A stretch of DNA of 64,000 nt from the NCBI GenBank assembly GCA_963575745.1, contig CAUYUJ010000303.1, positions 496,001-560,000 on the forward strand, written 5' to 3'. Shown here one piece after another: positions 1-13,500 of this stretch. The position numbers were made by a program, and so were the translations under genes. The stretch is from Prorocentrum cordatum. Lineage: Eukaryota. Every line of letters begins with the position of its first letter. Position 1 is the first letter of the stretch. Below the pieces are notes generated by a model. That model was not told the DNA's origin and searched no databases. It worked only from the letters and a program-made list of their open reading frames with translations.

Positions 1-1808
1 AGGGCGATGTGAGGATGGCCTCTAATTCCCCAGAACCTCAGCGCACGCAAGTTTTGAAGTGGCAGTGCAATTTTGACACCAACGCTGGAATGGGCTTGAG
101 CGGAGGACAGAAGCAGCGGGACAAGCAAAACAAGCATCTCCTTCTGTGGCTTCAACTTGGCCTCCAGCTTTTTCCTCCCATCATGCGTCTTTCCTTCACA
201 CACTGGCGGTACCCTGCCCTTTCCAGGATGCGTTTTCACTTCCAGCGCTTCTGCCAAATCTTCAGGCCTCATGTTTTCCACGCGAATCCATTCTCCTGCA
301 ATCTTACCCCTCACCTCGTTCTCATAACTCGTGCTATCAAGCTCGTCGCTGTAGATGGGCTGACCTTTCTTCGCTCCCGAGCCCGCCCGCTGCGTGTACG
401 CCATGGCTTTTGCAGAGCACCACTTCGCTGTCTTCTCATCTCCTCCTGAGCTCTTCCCTCCTGCCGCGACTGCTGCTGAACCTGCAGCTGCCTTCCCTGC
501 AGCCTCGGCCGTCTCATCCAGCTTCCTCTTCTTTGCAGCCTCCTCTGCCTGAGCCGTCATTTCTCGCTGCATTGCAACGTGCCTCCTCTTCTCGATTTCG
601 TTGAGTCTACTCACTACGCTGGGCCATGCATCGTCGAAGACACTTTCCTCGATCTCGTCGAACACTTCAACTTTCCTAACACTAGTCATAACTGTCTTTG
701 ATCCAAGCTTGATCCGAGGCATTTGTCTCTCTGCATCGACTTCGGGGCCCTCACATTCTTTATCTGTAGTCGTGGCTTTCAACCTCTTGGCTTCCTTTTT
801 GCGTGCCTCAACTGCGCCTGCTGCCCCTGCTGCTGGTTTCTTTCGCACCGTCTCCTCAGCGCCGTCACCTGATGCCTCATCATCGTCAGCTGGCTTGGCA
901 GCAGGCCTCTTCGCAACTACTTTCGAGGCTGGTCTCCGAAGCACCTTCTTTAGCTTTTCACCTGGCTTGTCCTCATGATCTGTTGGCTCATCGGATGCTT
1001 TCTTCGCTGGCCGCTTTGACACGGGCGTGGCTTTCTCTTCGTTGTGCTCTTCGTCTTCGTCTGCCTCGTCCTCGTCCTCCTCCTCTTTGATGCTTCTAGC
1101 GGCTGCCTCTTCCTCCTCCTCTTCTTTTCCTCCTCATCCTCATTAGTTTCTTCTTCCTCTTCCTCTTCCTCTTCCTCTTTGATATCCTCATCTTCGCATT
1201 CCGCCTTCTTGTCCTGCTCGCAATCATCTGGCGCGGGCCTCTTCATCGCTACGAACGGCCGCACCCACTTCGTATCGGGGTGCCCGTTGATCGCATCGCG
1301 GATGTGGCATAGCGCCGTTCGTAGCCTGTCAGCATGAACCTCAACCCACTCTTCAGTCTCCTGCCCTGCCCCTGGCGACAGGGATTACGCGCGAAACATG
1401 CAACCGCCCAAACCGCATTGCGAACACCTGCTTCCTCACCTACTGCCATCGTGCGACCAGCAAGAACGTTGAATAAGGAACGAGCTTTTCTGACCACGGC
1501 GAGCCTCGGCCACAAACTGGCTCCAGACTGCGGAGCTAAGGGGCGGAACGCCAGAGCCTCTCCCGAGCCCAAACTGGTCCTCATGCCAGCGTCTTGGGAG
1601 GCCCGGGGGCCGACGGGGAAGAGGGCGACGACGGGGGGGGGGGGGGCGAGGTGGGCGCGGGGAGAGATGCAAGGTCGTCACGCGAACGCACCAGAACAAT
1701 CCCCAGTCCTACCGTCGACGATAGCTTCCCCAATCCAGACGTCTTCTTGAGCGCAACGATGGGCCGCATGGCTGCTTTCCACGTGGCCGCAGTAACCTTT
1801 TCGCCCTC
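1..1808. repeat. Segmental duplicate of ~5018-6858
   Basis: Near-identical sequence and ORF translations (e.g. 1334-1750 vs 6384-6800); the copy ends where the 152-bp satellite begins. Confidence 0.93.
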
Positions 1809-1816
1809 CAGGCGGT

Positions 1817-2570
1817 GCCAGGGGCATCATTTGGGAGCCCCAAGGGGGAGCCACCCTGGCTGATCTCACGAGCCCGTTCGCGCCGATTTTGGTGGGACGT
1901 CTCAGCTGAAATTGCCGTTTGGCCTCCCCAACATGTATCTCTTGAGAGCCTCATGGTCACAAAACGCTGCCGGGGGCATCACTTGGGAGCCCCAAGGGGG
2001 AGCCACCCTGGCTGATCTCACGAGCCCGTTCGCGCCGATTTTGGTGGGACGTCTCAGCTAAAATTGCCGCTTGGCCTCCCAAACATGTCTCTCTTGAGAG
2101 CCTCATGGTCACAAAACGCTGCCAGGGGCATCATTTGGGAGCCCCAAGGGGGAGCCACCCTGGCTGATCTCACGAGCCCGTTCGCGCCCATGTTGGTGGG
2201 ACGTCTCAGCTAGAATTGCCGTTGGGCGCCCCCAACATGTATCTCTTGAGAGCCTCATGGTCGCAAAACGCTGCCAGGGGCATCATTTGGGAGCCCCAAG
2301 GGGGAGCCACCCTGGCTGATCTCACGAGCCCGTTCGCGCCGATTTTGGTGGGACGCCTCAGCTAGAATTACCGCGTGGCGTCCCCAACATGTATCTCTTG
2401 AGAGCCTCATGGTCACAAAACGCTGCCAGGGGCATCATTTGGGAGCCCCAGGGGGGGTCCACCAGGGGCTTCATAGTCACCAAACGCTGCCAGGGGCAGC
2501 ATTTTTGGCTTCCCAAAGAGGAGTCGACCCGGGCCTCCTAGTCGCCAGACGCTGCCAGGGGCACCATTGG
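1817..2570 (+). repeat. 152-bp tandem repeat (4 units plus degenerate partials)
   Basis: GCCAGGGGCATCATTTGGGAGCCCC recurs at ~1817, 1969, 2121, 2273, 2425. Confidence 0.93.
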
Positions 2571-2730
2571 GATTCAGACTCGCACCCAGACTCACTCATA
2601 CACAAGCTCACTCACACCCAGATTCATTTCTTCAGAGTCAGGCACGCACAGACGTACCCATACTCAGACTCACCCACACTCAGGCTCACCTAACCCAGAC
2701 TCCGTCAGAAGCCAGTAGCGAAGAGAGCAG

Positions 2731-2785
<55 letters not shown>

Positions 2786-2788
<3 letters not shown>

Positions 2789-4271
2789 ACAAGTAGGCGG
2801 ACCAGGGTCCGTCCGCGAGGCGCACTGCGGTGCGACAACCCGCAAAACCCTATTAGCGGCGGTGCAGCCTTAAGATACGAGGGCGGGCAACAGACCCCCT
2901 CCCCCGGCGCATTGCGTCTGAAGCTACGGACGGCGGACAGACTGTGAAGATCTCACGCGTCAGACCGCGTGACGAAGAAGGCCCCAACAAGAAAGGCGAC
3001 GTGCGGACACGTGGCTAGGCGGCTTGGCAGACCGCCAACAGGCGCTTGGCCGCAGCGCGGCGCGCAGGGACGGGGCGCCCCCCGCCCCCACGCCCTGACA
3101 CCGTGGACGCGGGGCCACGCGTGCACACGGGCAGGCAGAATGGCGGAGATTAGCGCGGGGCTCCAGGCGGAGCGCCGCGGAGCGATGACAGCATAGCATG
3201 GAGGGAGAGTGGCGGCGCAGCACCATCGGGCGGGGGTGTAAGCAGTTCGGCGAAGGCACGACCGGCGCGGTGGAGGCGCTGGAGCAAAGGGCCTTGACGG
3301 GCTTGGGCAGCGGCAAGGTCGGCGGCGAGAGCTGCGCACCTCTCTGGAGAGCGCCGCGACTGGGACGGCTCTGCTTCCGCGGTCGGAGGGAACTAAACCA
3401 GACAGGGCCCTCGTGCCCTGGGGAGGGGTCCCAATCTTCTCATCGTTGCTGAGCGAGAGGAAGCGGCTCTCCCGACCTCTCGGGGCGTGGCCCTAGCGGC
3501 TACAGCCCTGGGGTCGCGTGTGCCCCTCCAGTCACCCTTCAAGGGTGACGGACGACAGCGTACAGGGTGCCGCACTACGCTAGTCCACCATTTGGACAGG
3601 CGTACCGCGGACCTCGCCTCTGTCTCGAGGCTCTCGGCTGCTGGCACTGAGCAGCCACCCCTCACCGACCGCGAAACCGAGCTGTCCCAGGCTATGGCTG
3701 CTCTCCAGCAGAGGTGCGTTGCTCTCGCCGCGGACCTCGCCGCCGCCCAAGCTCGTCAAGGCCCTCTACTCCAGCGCCTCCACAGCGCCGGGCGAGCCTT
3801 CGCCGAGCTGCTTACGCCCTCGCCCAATGGTGCCGTGCCGTCACTCACCATCCAAGCTATGCTGTCATCGTTCCGCGGCGCTCCACCTGGTGCCCCGCGC
3901 TAATCTCCTCATTTCTGCCTGCCCGTGTGTACGCGTGGCTCCGCGTCCACGGTGTCAGGGCGTGGGGGCGGGGGGTGCCCCGTCACTGCGCGCCGCTTTG
4001 CGGCCAAGCGCCCAACTGGCGGTCTGCCAAACCGCCTAGCCACGTGTCAGCACGTCGCCTTTCTTGTTGGGGCCTCTTTCTTTCCGCGGTCTGACAGGTG
4101 AGATCATCACCGTCTGTCCGCCGTCTGTAGCGTCTGTCGCACTGCGCCGGGGGAGGGTTTTTTTTTGTTGCCCGCCCTCGTATCTAAAGGCTGCACCGCC
4201 GCAAATAGTGCATGCGAGTTGTCGCACCGCAGTGCGCCTCGCGGACGGACCCTGGTCCGCCTACTTGTCCG
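2786..4271. mobile_element. Foldback-like element with ~600-bp inverted arms (2786-3390 / 3658-4271), flanked by (GA)n and (TC)n
   Basis: CGGACAAGTAGGCGGACCAGGGTCCGTCCGCGAGG... is the reverse complement of ...CCTCGCGGACGGACCCTGGTCCGCCTACTTGTCCG; mirrored ORF translations. Confidence 0.8.
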
Positions 4272-4280
4272 ATCTCTCTT

Positions 4281-4332
<52 letters not shown>

Positions 4333-4426
4333 TCTCTCTCTCTCGCATGTTATTTGCATCTTGCGTTATATATTACTAGGTGCCTATATCACTCCTCCTA
4401 TTCCTGCCTCTCGGTCTCACTCTCCA

Positions 4427-4474
<48 letters not shown>

Positions 4475-4554
4475 GCATTTCTCTTGGCTGCCTGGATATC
4501 GCTCTGGAGCTGCATCTCTCTCACTCTCCCTCTCCCTCCCCCGATTCTCTGAAT

Positions 4555-6880
4555 CTAAACGCTCCTCGCCAGACTCCATCGTACTTCACCGCTCTTCATT
4601 GCTGAGCTCATCGCTACTCTCCCCGACCTTGCGATGCGACATTCCCAGTGTCCTGCGGAGTACTTCTTGCACAGGTTGACTATGGCCTGGCGCGCAATCT
4701 CGTGAGTAACCTCGCCTTTGATCGTCGCCTGGCATACCTGGCTCCACTTCTCGCCTGGCTTCGCCTTCTTCTCCTGCATCACGAAGATCGAGTGCCGATC
4801 CTGGGGGCGCGCGAAGGCAGTGCTTCGTCGCGCGGGGCATGGGCTAAGGGTGGATGGGGGCAGGGGCAGGGCGAGAGGGCGGGCAGGGGGGGAGAGGAAG
4901 GAAGGGGGAGCAGGAGAGACCCAAGTCCGCTTGCCAACGAGGATGAAACCGGGAGTGCGAGGATGGACGGGGGTGGGCGATGAGCTGGTAGATAGGGAAG
5001 GAGGAACCAGGATAATGGCGATTGTGAGGATGGCCTCTACTTCCCCAGACCCTCAGCGCACCGCAAAAATTTTTGAAGTGGCATTGCATTTTGACAACCA
5101 AAACACTGGAATGGGCTTGAGCGGAAGGACAGAAGCAGCGGGACAACAAGCAAAACAAGCATCTCCTTTCTGTGGCTTTTGAACTTGGCCTCCAGCTTTT
5201 TTCACTCCTCTACTCCCCATCATGCGTCTTTCCTTCCCACACTGGCGGTACCCTGCCCTTTCCAGGATGCGTTTTCTCCTCCAGCGCTTCTGCCAAATCT
5301 TCAGGCCTCATGTTTTCCACGCGAATCCATTCTCCTGCAATCTTAGCCCTCACCTCGTTCTCATAACTCGTGCTATCAAGCTCGTCGCTGTAGATGGGCG
5401 GACCTTTCTTCGCTCCCGAGCCCTGCCCGCTGCGTTACGCCATGTCTTTTGCAGAGCACCACTTCGCTGTCTTCTCATCTCCCTCCTGAAGCTCTTCCCT
5501 CCTGCCGAGACTGCTGTGCTGACCTGCAGACTGCCTTCCCTGCGCCTCGGCCCGCTCACCAGCTTCCTCTTCTTTGCAGCCTCCTCTGCCTGACCGTCAT
5601 TTCTCGCTGCATTGCAACGGCCTCCTCTTCCTCGATCCTACGGATTCGCGCCGGTCTTACGGGTCTGGGCCATGCATCGTCGAAGACACTTTCCTCGATC
5701 TCGTCGAACACTTCAACTTTCCTAACACTAGTCATAACTGTCTTTGATCCAAGCTTGATCCGAGGCATTTGTCTCTCTGCATCGACTTCGGGGCCCTCAC
5801 ATTCTTTATCTGTAGTCGTGGCTTTCAACCTCTTGGCTTCCTTTTTGCGTGCCTCAACTGCGCCTGCTGCCCCTGCTGCTGGTTTCTTTCGCACCGTCTC
5901 CTCAGCGCCGTCACCTGATGCCTCATCATCGTCAGCTGGCTTGGCAGCAGGCCTCTTCGCAACTACTTTCGAGGCTGGCCTACGAAGCACCTTCTTTAGC
6001 TTTTCACCTGGCGTGTCCTCATGATCTGTTGGCTCATCGGATGCTTTCCTCGCTGGCCGCTTTGACACGGGCGTGGCTCTCTCTTCGTCGTGTTCTTCGT
6101 CTTCGTCTGCCTCGCCCCCGTCCTCTACTTCTTTGATGCTTCTAGCGGCTGCCTCTTCCTTCTCCTCTTCTTTTTCCTCCTCCTCATCCAAATTAGTTTC
6201 TTCTTCCTCTTCCTCTTCCCCTTCCTCTTTGATACCCTCATCTGCGCATTTCGCCTTCTTGTCCTGCTCGCAATCATCTGACGCGGGCCTCTTCATCGCT
6301 ACGAACGGCCGCACCCACTTCGTGTCGGGGCGCCTGTTGATCGCATCGCGGATGTGGCATAACGCCGTTCGTAGCCTGTCAGCATGAACCTCAACCCACT
6401 CTTCAGTCTCCTGCCCTGCCCCTGGCGACAGGGATTACGCGCGAAACATGCAACCGCCCAAACCACATTGCGAACACCTGCTTCCTCACCTACTGCCATC
6501 GCGCGACCAGCAAGAACGTTGAATAAGGAACGAGCTTTTCTGACCACGGCGAGCCTCGGCCACAAACTGGCTCCAGACTGTGGAGCTAAGGGGCGGAACG
6601 CCAGAGCCTCTCCCGAGCCCAAACTGGTCCTCATGCCAGCGTCTTGGGAGGCCCGGGGGCCGACGGGGAAGAGGGCGACGACGGGGGGGGGGGGGGCGAA
6701 GTGGGCGCGGGGAGAGATGCAAGGTCGTCACGCGAACGCACCAGAACAATCCCCAGTCCTACCGTCGACGATAGCTTCCCCAATCCAGACGTCTTCTTGA
6801 GCGCAACGATGGGCCGCATGGCTGCTTTCCACGTGGCCGCAGTAACCTTTTCGCCCTCGACGATCCCCCGCAGCTTGATC
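4555..6880 (-). pseudogene. Degenerate gene of unknown function (acidic tract, KRPAA-type basic repeats, predicted GA-AG intron 4801-5165)
   Basis: ORF 5556-6314 plus frameshifted continuations; the splice joins ..FKSHRK|DRHSIFVMQEKK.. Confidence 0.4.
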
Positions 6881-7197
6881 AACATGGGCTGGCGCTGCCC
6901 GCCCGAGGGGGGACGTCGACCGCAACGACTGCGACGGGAGCGTATCACCGACGACGGGCGGATATCACAATGGTAACGAGTTTCACGGATTGAGGGCGGG
7001 TGCTTTTCAAACTGTTGTTCTCGCCCCAGCGCGGCGCACATTCCCGTTGAACTTAGCACGGGTTTCACGGATTGAGGGCGGGTGGTTTTCATCGGAACTG
7101 CGACGCGGCCCCTTCCTTTTCCACTTCCCTCCCCCAATCCAATTTGCCCATGGTTTTCTTAGTCGCGCTTAGTTTCTTACTTCCTCCCCCTCTCCCC

Positions 7198-7229
<32 letters not shown>

Positions 7230-7281
7230 ACTCTTAGTTGTCTCTGTCTCTTTCTGTGTTCATTTGTGTTGTTGTTTGTTG

Positions 7282-7319
<38 letters not shown>

Positions 7320-7344
7320 TCCCCCCATCTCCTTCTCTCACACA

Positions 7345-7412
<68 letters not shown>

Positions 7413-7437
7413 ATCACTCTTTCTTTCTTTCTTTCTT

Positions 7438-7468
<31 letters not shown>

Positions 7469-8644
7469 GCGTCTCCTCTCTGTCGCTCCTCATGCGCCCC
7501 CTTCGTTCCCTCATCTCGCTGCTCCCTCCCCTTCTCGCCCCCTCTCCTCATCCTCGTAATCCTTGCCCCCCCTCCCCGCCTCCATTAGCCTCTCCGCGAT
7601 GACCTCGGCGGAGCGGAGGCCCCGCGGGTACTGGGAGAAATTGGGCCCCCGCACGTGCTCGAGGAGAGCCTCGGGTCGGGCGGGCGATGGAAGGGGAGAG
7701 GGGGGGCGCTGGGGGGAAACGATAGAGCGATAGAAATAGAGAGGGAAGAGTAGAGGGGGAACGCTGCGGGGAAACGATGGATCGATACAAGTAAGCATGC
7801 ACGCGTGGATAATGGAAGGGGCGGCACAAGCGATGAAGGCGATGCGCTGGGTAACGCTCCAAATCGTCGGGCGTTGCGCAGGGGCAAACGGGCGGGCCCC
7901 GTCCATTTGCCCCTGCGCAGCGCCCAGCGATTTGGAGTTTCTGACCCCGTCCGACGGGGTCAGGGGCGGGCGGCGGGCGCCTTCGCAATCGCCGCGGGTT
8001 TGACGTTGCCTTCGGGGCCCTCGACCTCGCCGTCCTCGTCGCCATCGCGTGGCGACGCGCCCCCCGCGGTGCCCGCCATCTCGAGCACAGGGGCGCTGGT
8101 GCGCGAGGGGGGGGGGGGGGGGCGGGGGGCGACGGAGGTGGGATGGAACGGCCGACGACGGCAGTTGAAGAGGATTACACAACATACGGAGCGGAGGAAG
8201 AATATGAACCTATGTACCCATATGCATATACATATATATGTTTATATATATGTATAATGTGCATGTGTGTATTTAAGCAGACACACCTACATATATACAT
8301 ATATGTATATGCGTTCATTCATATACATGTGTGTTAATACCTATTATGTATAATATATAATGTAAGTTGTATAAATATGTTTGTATACACAAATATGTAT
8401 ATACATATACATGCATTGCTATATACATATATATACATATACATGTACATATAATATATAGCACGTGTGCGTGCAACTCTACATGTATGTATGTATTCAC
8501 GCATGCCACCATATATTGGCATATAAACCGGAACCAAAAGATAGCACCAGAACCATCTTGTATAGCAGGACAGTTCCGTAACCATTTTTGAGATTCACAC
8601 AACTAACATTCACGACCGGAACCGCTACATGGTTCCCAAGGACC

Positions 8645-11600
8645 TCTGGGCAAAGCACCGTGTTCCCGGAGGGGAGCGGGAGGAGGAGGAGGTGGAGGAG
8701 GAGGGGGGGGAGGAGGAGGGAGAGGGGAAGGAGGAGGAGTAGGAGGAGGAGGAGGATGATGATGATAAGGCTGATGATGATGATGATGTTGATGATGATG
8801 ATGCTGATGCTGATGATGATGATGATGATGATGGTGCGAGGGCTCATTTCCCCGTATTTTTCAGGGTTTCCGCGCCCCGGGCTCCGGAGGCCGCAGGGGC
8901 TGCTGAAAGAGGCCCAAGGCTGTTCTGCAGGTGGTTCCAATAGGCCCAAGGACAATCTCAGAGCGCTCCGAGAGGGTCCCAAAACGGCTCCAGCAGGGGT
9001 GCCCGACGGAGCTGTCACTTGAGCAGCGATTTTGCATCATTTTCCATGCGTGTTCACTGGGTCCCCGCGTCTGGAGCCCTCGAGGGCGCAGCCTACGCGG
9101 AATGAGTTCCAATCGCAGGTTCCACCTGGCCCGGCCCAAGGACAATCTCAGAGCGCTCCAAGAGGGTCCCAAAACGGCTCCAGCGGGGGTGCCCGACGGA
9201 GTTGAAGCCCTCACTTGAGCAGCGATTTTGCATCATTTTCTTTGTTTTTTTTTAAAGGTTTCCGCGCCCGGGGCCCTCGAGGGCGCAGCCCACGCGGAGC
9301 GAGTACCAATCGCAGGTTCCATCTGGCCCCAGGACAACCTCACAGGGCCCCAAGAGGGTCCCAAAACGGCTCCAGCAGGGGCGCCCGACGGAGCTGAAGC
9401 CCTCGCTTGAGCAGCGATTTTGCATCATTCGCCCCGATGCCGATCGCGTTCCGGAGGAGTCTTGCCGGAACGCGGTCGGTGAGCGCGCCATCCAAAGCAC
9501 CGCGTTCCCGGAGGGGGGCAGGAGGAGGGGCAGGCGGAGGAGGAGGAGGAGGAGGAGGGAGAGGGAGAGGAGGAGGAGGAGGAGGATGATGATAATGCTG
9601 CTGATGATGATGATGCTGATGATGATGATGATGATGTTGATGTTGATGATGACGATGATGATGCTGATGATGATGATGATGATGGTGCCGGGGCTCATTC
9701 TCTTTTTATGTTTACAGGGTTTCCGCGCCCCGGGCTCCGGAGGCCGCAGGGGCTGCTGAAAGAGGCCCAAGGCTGTTCTGCAGATGGTTCCACCTGGCCC
9801 AAGGACAATCTCAGAGCGCTCCAAGAGGGTCCTAAAATGGCTCCAGCAGGGGTGCCCGACGGAGCTGAAGCCCTCACTTGAGCGGCGATTGGGCATCATT
9901 TTCTTTGTGTTTTTACATGGTTTCCGCGCCCGGAGCCCTCGAGGGCGCAGCCTACGCGGAATGAGTTCCAATCGCAGGTTCCACCTGGCCCCGGGACAAC
10001 CTCACAGGGCCCCGAGAGGGTCCCAAAACGGCTCCAGCAGGGGCGCCCGACGGAGCTGAAGCCTTCACTAAACCAGCAGCGATTTTGCATCATTCGCCCC
10101 GATACCGATCGCGTTCCGGAGGTTTCTTGCCGGAACGCGGTCGGTAAAGGCGCCGCCCAAAGCACCGCGTTCCCGGAGGGGGGCAGGAGAAGGAGCAGGT
10201 GGAGGAGGAGGAGGAGGAGGGAGAGGGGGATGATGATGATGATGATGATGATAATGCTGATGATGATGATGATGAGGATGATGATGTTGATGATGATGAT
10301 GATGATGATGCTGAGGCTGATGATGATGATGATGGTACCGGGGCTCATTTTCTCTATGTTTTTACAGGGCTTCCGCGTCCCAGGCTCCGGAGGCCGCACG
10401 GGCTGCTGAAAGAGGCCCGAGGCTGCTCTGCAGATGGTTCCAATAGGCCGAATGACAATCTCAGAGCGCTCCGAGAGGGTCCCAAAACGGCTCCGGCAGG
10501 GGTGCCCGACGGAGCTGAAGCCTTCGCTTGAGCAGCGATTTGGCATCATTTTCCATGTGTTTTTACAAGGTTTCCGCGTCCGTATGTTTTTACAAGGTTT
10601 CCGCGTCCGGAGCCCTCGAGAACGCAGCCTACGCGGAATGAATTCCAATCGCAGGTTCCACCCGGCCCAGCCCAAGGACAATCTCAGAGCGCTCCAAGAG
10701 GGTCCCAATACGGCTCCAGCAGGGGTGCCCGACGGAGCTGAAGCCCTCACCGGAGCAGCGAATCTGCATCATTTTCCATGTGTTTTTACATGGTTTCCGC
10801 GTCAGGAGCCCTCGAGGGCGCAGCCTACGCGGAATGAGTTCCAATCGCAGGTTCCACTTGGCCCCGGGACAACCTCACAGGGCCCCAAAAAGGTCCCGAA
10901 ACGGCTCCAGCAGGGGTGCCCGACGGAGCTGAAGCCCTCACTTGAGCAGCGATTTTGCATCATTCGCCCCGATGCCGATCGCGTTCCGGAGGTTTCTTGC
11001 CGGAACGCGGTCGGCAAGCGCGCCATCCAAAGCACCGCGTTCCCGGAGGGGAGCAGGAGGAGGAGGAGGTGGAGGAGGAGGAGGAGGGAGAGGGGGATGA
11101 TGATGATGATGATGATGATGATAATGTTGATGATGATGATGCTGATGATGATGTTGATGATGATGATGATGCCCATGCTGATGACGATGATGATGATGAT
11201 GGTACCGGGGCTCGTTTTCCTTGTGCGTTCACAGGGTTGCCGCGCCCCGGGCCCCGGAGGCCGCAGGGGCTGCTGAAAGAGGCCCACGGCTGTTCTGCAG
11301 ATGGTTCCAATAGGCCCAAGGACAATCTCAGAGCGCTCCGAGAGGGTCCCAAAACGGCTCCCGACGGAGCTGAAGCCCTCACTTGAGCAGCGATTTGGCA
11401 TCGTTTTCCTTGCGTTTCTACCGGGTTTCCGCGCCCGGAGCCCTCGAGGGCGCAGCGTGCGCGGAACGAGTTCCAATCGCAGGTTCCACCTGGCCCCGGG
11501 ACAACCTCACAGGGCCCCAAGAGGGCCCCAAAACGGCTCCAACAGGGGTGCCCGACGGAGCTGAAGCCCTCACTTGAGCAGCGATTTTGCATCATTCGCC

Positions 11601-12447
11601 CCGAGGCCGATCGCGTTCCGGAGGAGTCTTGCCGGAACGCGGTCGGCAAGGGCGCCGCCCAAAGCACCGCGTTCCCGGAGGGGGGCAGGAGGAGGAGGAG
11701 GTGGGGGGGGAGGAGGAGGGAGAGGGGGAGGAGGAGGAGGAGGAGGAGGAGGAGGAGGAGCAGGAGGATGCTGCTGATGATGATGATGATGATGTTGATG
11801 ATGATGCTGATGCTGATGATGATGATGATGATGATGATGATGGTACCGGGGCTCATTTTCCATTTGTTTTCACAAGGTTTCCGCGCCCCGGGCTCTGGAG
11901 GCCGCAGGGGCTGCTGAAAGAGGCCCAAGGCTGTTCTGCAGATGGTTCCAATAGGCCCAAGGACAATCTCAGAGCGCTCCGAGAGGGTCCCAAAACGGCT
12001 CCAACAGGGGTGCCCGACGGAGCTGAAGCCCTCACTTGAGCAGCGATTCTGCATCATTTCCTTGTGTTTTCAGGGTTTCCGCGCCCGGAGCCCTCCAGGG
12101 CGCAGCTTGCGGAACCATCTGCAGAACAGCCCTGGGCTTCTGCTGGATGCTGCCCTCCTCCTCTTCCCCCTCCTCCTCCTCACCTGCGTCGCGCTCCTCC
12201 TCCTCGTCGCCCTCCCCGCGCCCCCTTCGCCCCGATGCCGATCGCGTTCTGGAGGAGTCTTGCCAGAACGCGGTCGGCAAGGGCGCCATCCAAAGCGCCG
12301 CGTTCCCGGAGGGGGGCAGGAGGGGGAGGGGGTGGGGGAGGAGGAGGAGGGAGAGGGGGAGGATGATGATGATGATGAGAATGCTGATGATGATGATGAT
12401 GATGGCTACGATGATGATGATGGCGTTGATGAGGATGACGCTGACGC

Positions 12448-12480
<33 letters not shown>

Positions 12481-13500
12481 CGATGGTGTTAAGAGGGCGA
12501 GGAGGAGCAGGAGGAGGGAAATGAGGAACAGGCGGAGCAGGAGGAAGAGGAGAGCGAGGAGGAGGAGGAGGAGGGCCAGGAGGAGGAGGAGGAGCAGGAG
12601 GAGGTTCCCGACGAAGCTCAGGCCGCATTTCCCCCATGACGGTTCCAGGACAGCTGCTGCAGCTTCTCCTCCTCCTCCTCCTCCTTCTCCTCCTCCTGCC
12701 CCTCACTTCCCTCCTCCTACTCCTCCTCAACTTCCTCCTCCTCCTCCTCCTCCTGCCTCCTTTCCCCCTCTGGTCCTCCTCCTCCTCGCCCTCCTCTTCC
12801 TCCTGCTCCGCCTGTTGCTCACTTCCCTTCCTCCTGCTCCTCCTCGCCTTTCTTAAAATCATCATCGTCATCATCATCATCATCATCAATCCTCATCCAT
12901 TCATATCATCATCAGCATCAGCATCATCATCATAAACATCATCGAGATCATCACCATCATCATAATCAGCATTATCTTCCTCCTCCTCCTCCTCCCCCTC
13001 CTCCTCCCCCCCCCTCCCCCTCCCCCCCCTCCTACTCCTCCACCTCCTCCTCCTGCTCCCCTCCGGGAACGCGGTGCTTTGGATGGCGCCCTTGCCGACC
13101 GCGTTCCGGCAAGACTCCTCCGGAACGCGATCGGCATCGGGGCGAGGGGGGCGCGAGGAGGACGACGTGGAGGAGGAGCACGACGCAGCTGAAGAGGAGG
13201 AGGGGGAGGGGGGAGATGAGGAGGGCGGCATCCAGCGCCTCCGGCTGCAGACACCGCCGACAGAGCTCCAGGGCCACTCCCCCAACGGTTCCACCAGGTT
13301 TCAGGCGAGCCCGCAAGGGTGCCAAAACGGCTCCAGGGATTCCGCGATTGCATGGGATTTCGCGAACTCGGTCTCGGAGGCCGCAGCGGGGGGGTGAGGC
13401 GCCGATCCAGGAGTCCAGCAGACTCGCGCTTCCTACTGACCGTGTTCCGGCAAGGCTCTCCCGGAACGCGATCGGTTTCGCAGCGTGGGGGGGGCGAGGA
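8645..13500. repeat. Composite satellite (~630-870-bp units with (GAG)n, (GAT)n and repeated sub-blocks) ending in an inverted copy
   Basis: CAAAGCACCGCGTTCCCGGAGGGG at ~8651, 9493, 10158, 11028, 11660, 12291; reverse complement at ~13060-13085. Confidence 0.9.

Noticed and set aside
1817..2570. 152-bp (and 170-bp at 20608-21290) repeats as CRISPR arrays
   Set aside because: Whole units repeat with no unique spacers, there are no cas genes, and the context is eukaryotic
8574..8600. TCCGTAACCATTTTTGAG as a relic spliced leader
   Set aside because: Only the 5' half resembles DinoSL, the GGCTCAAG part is absent, and no gene follows
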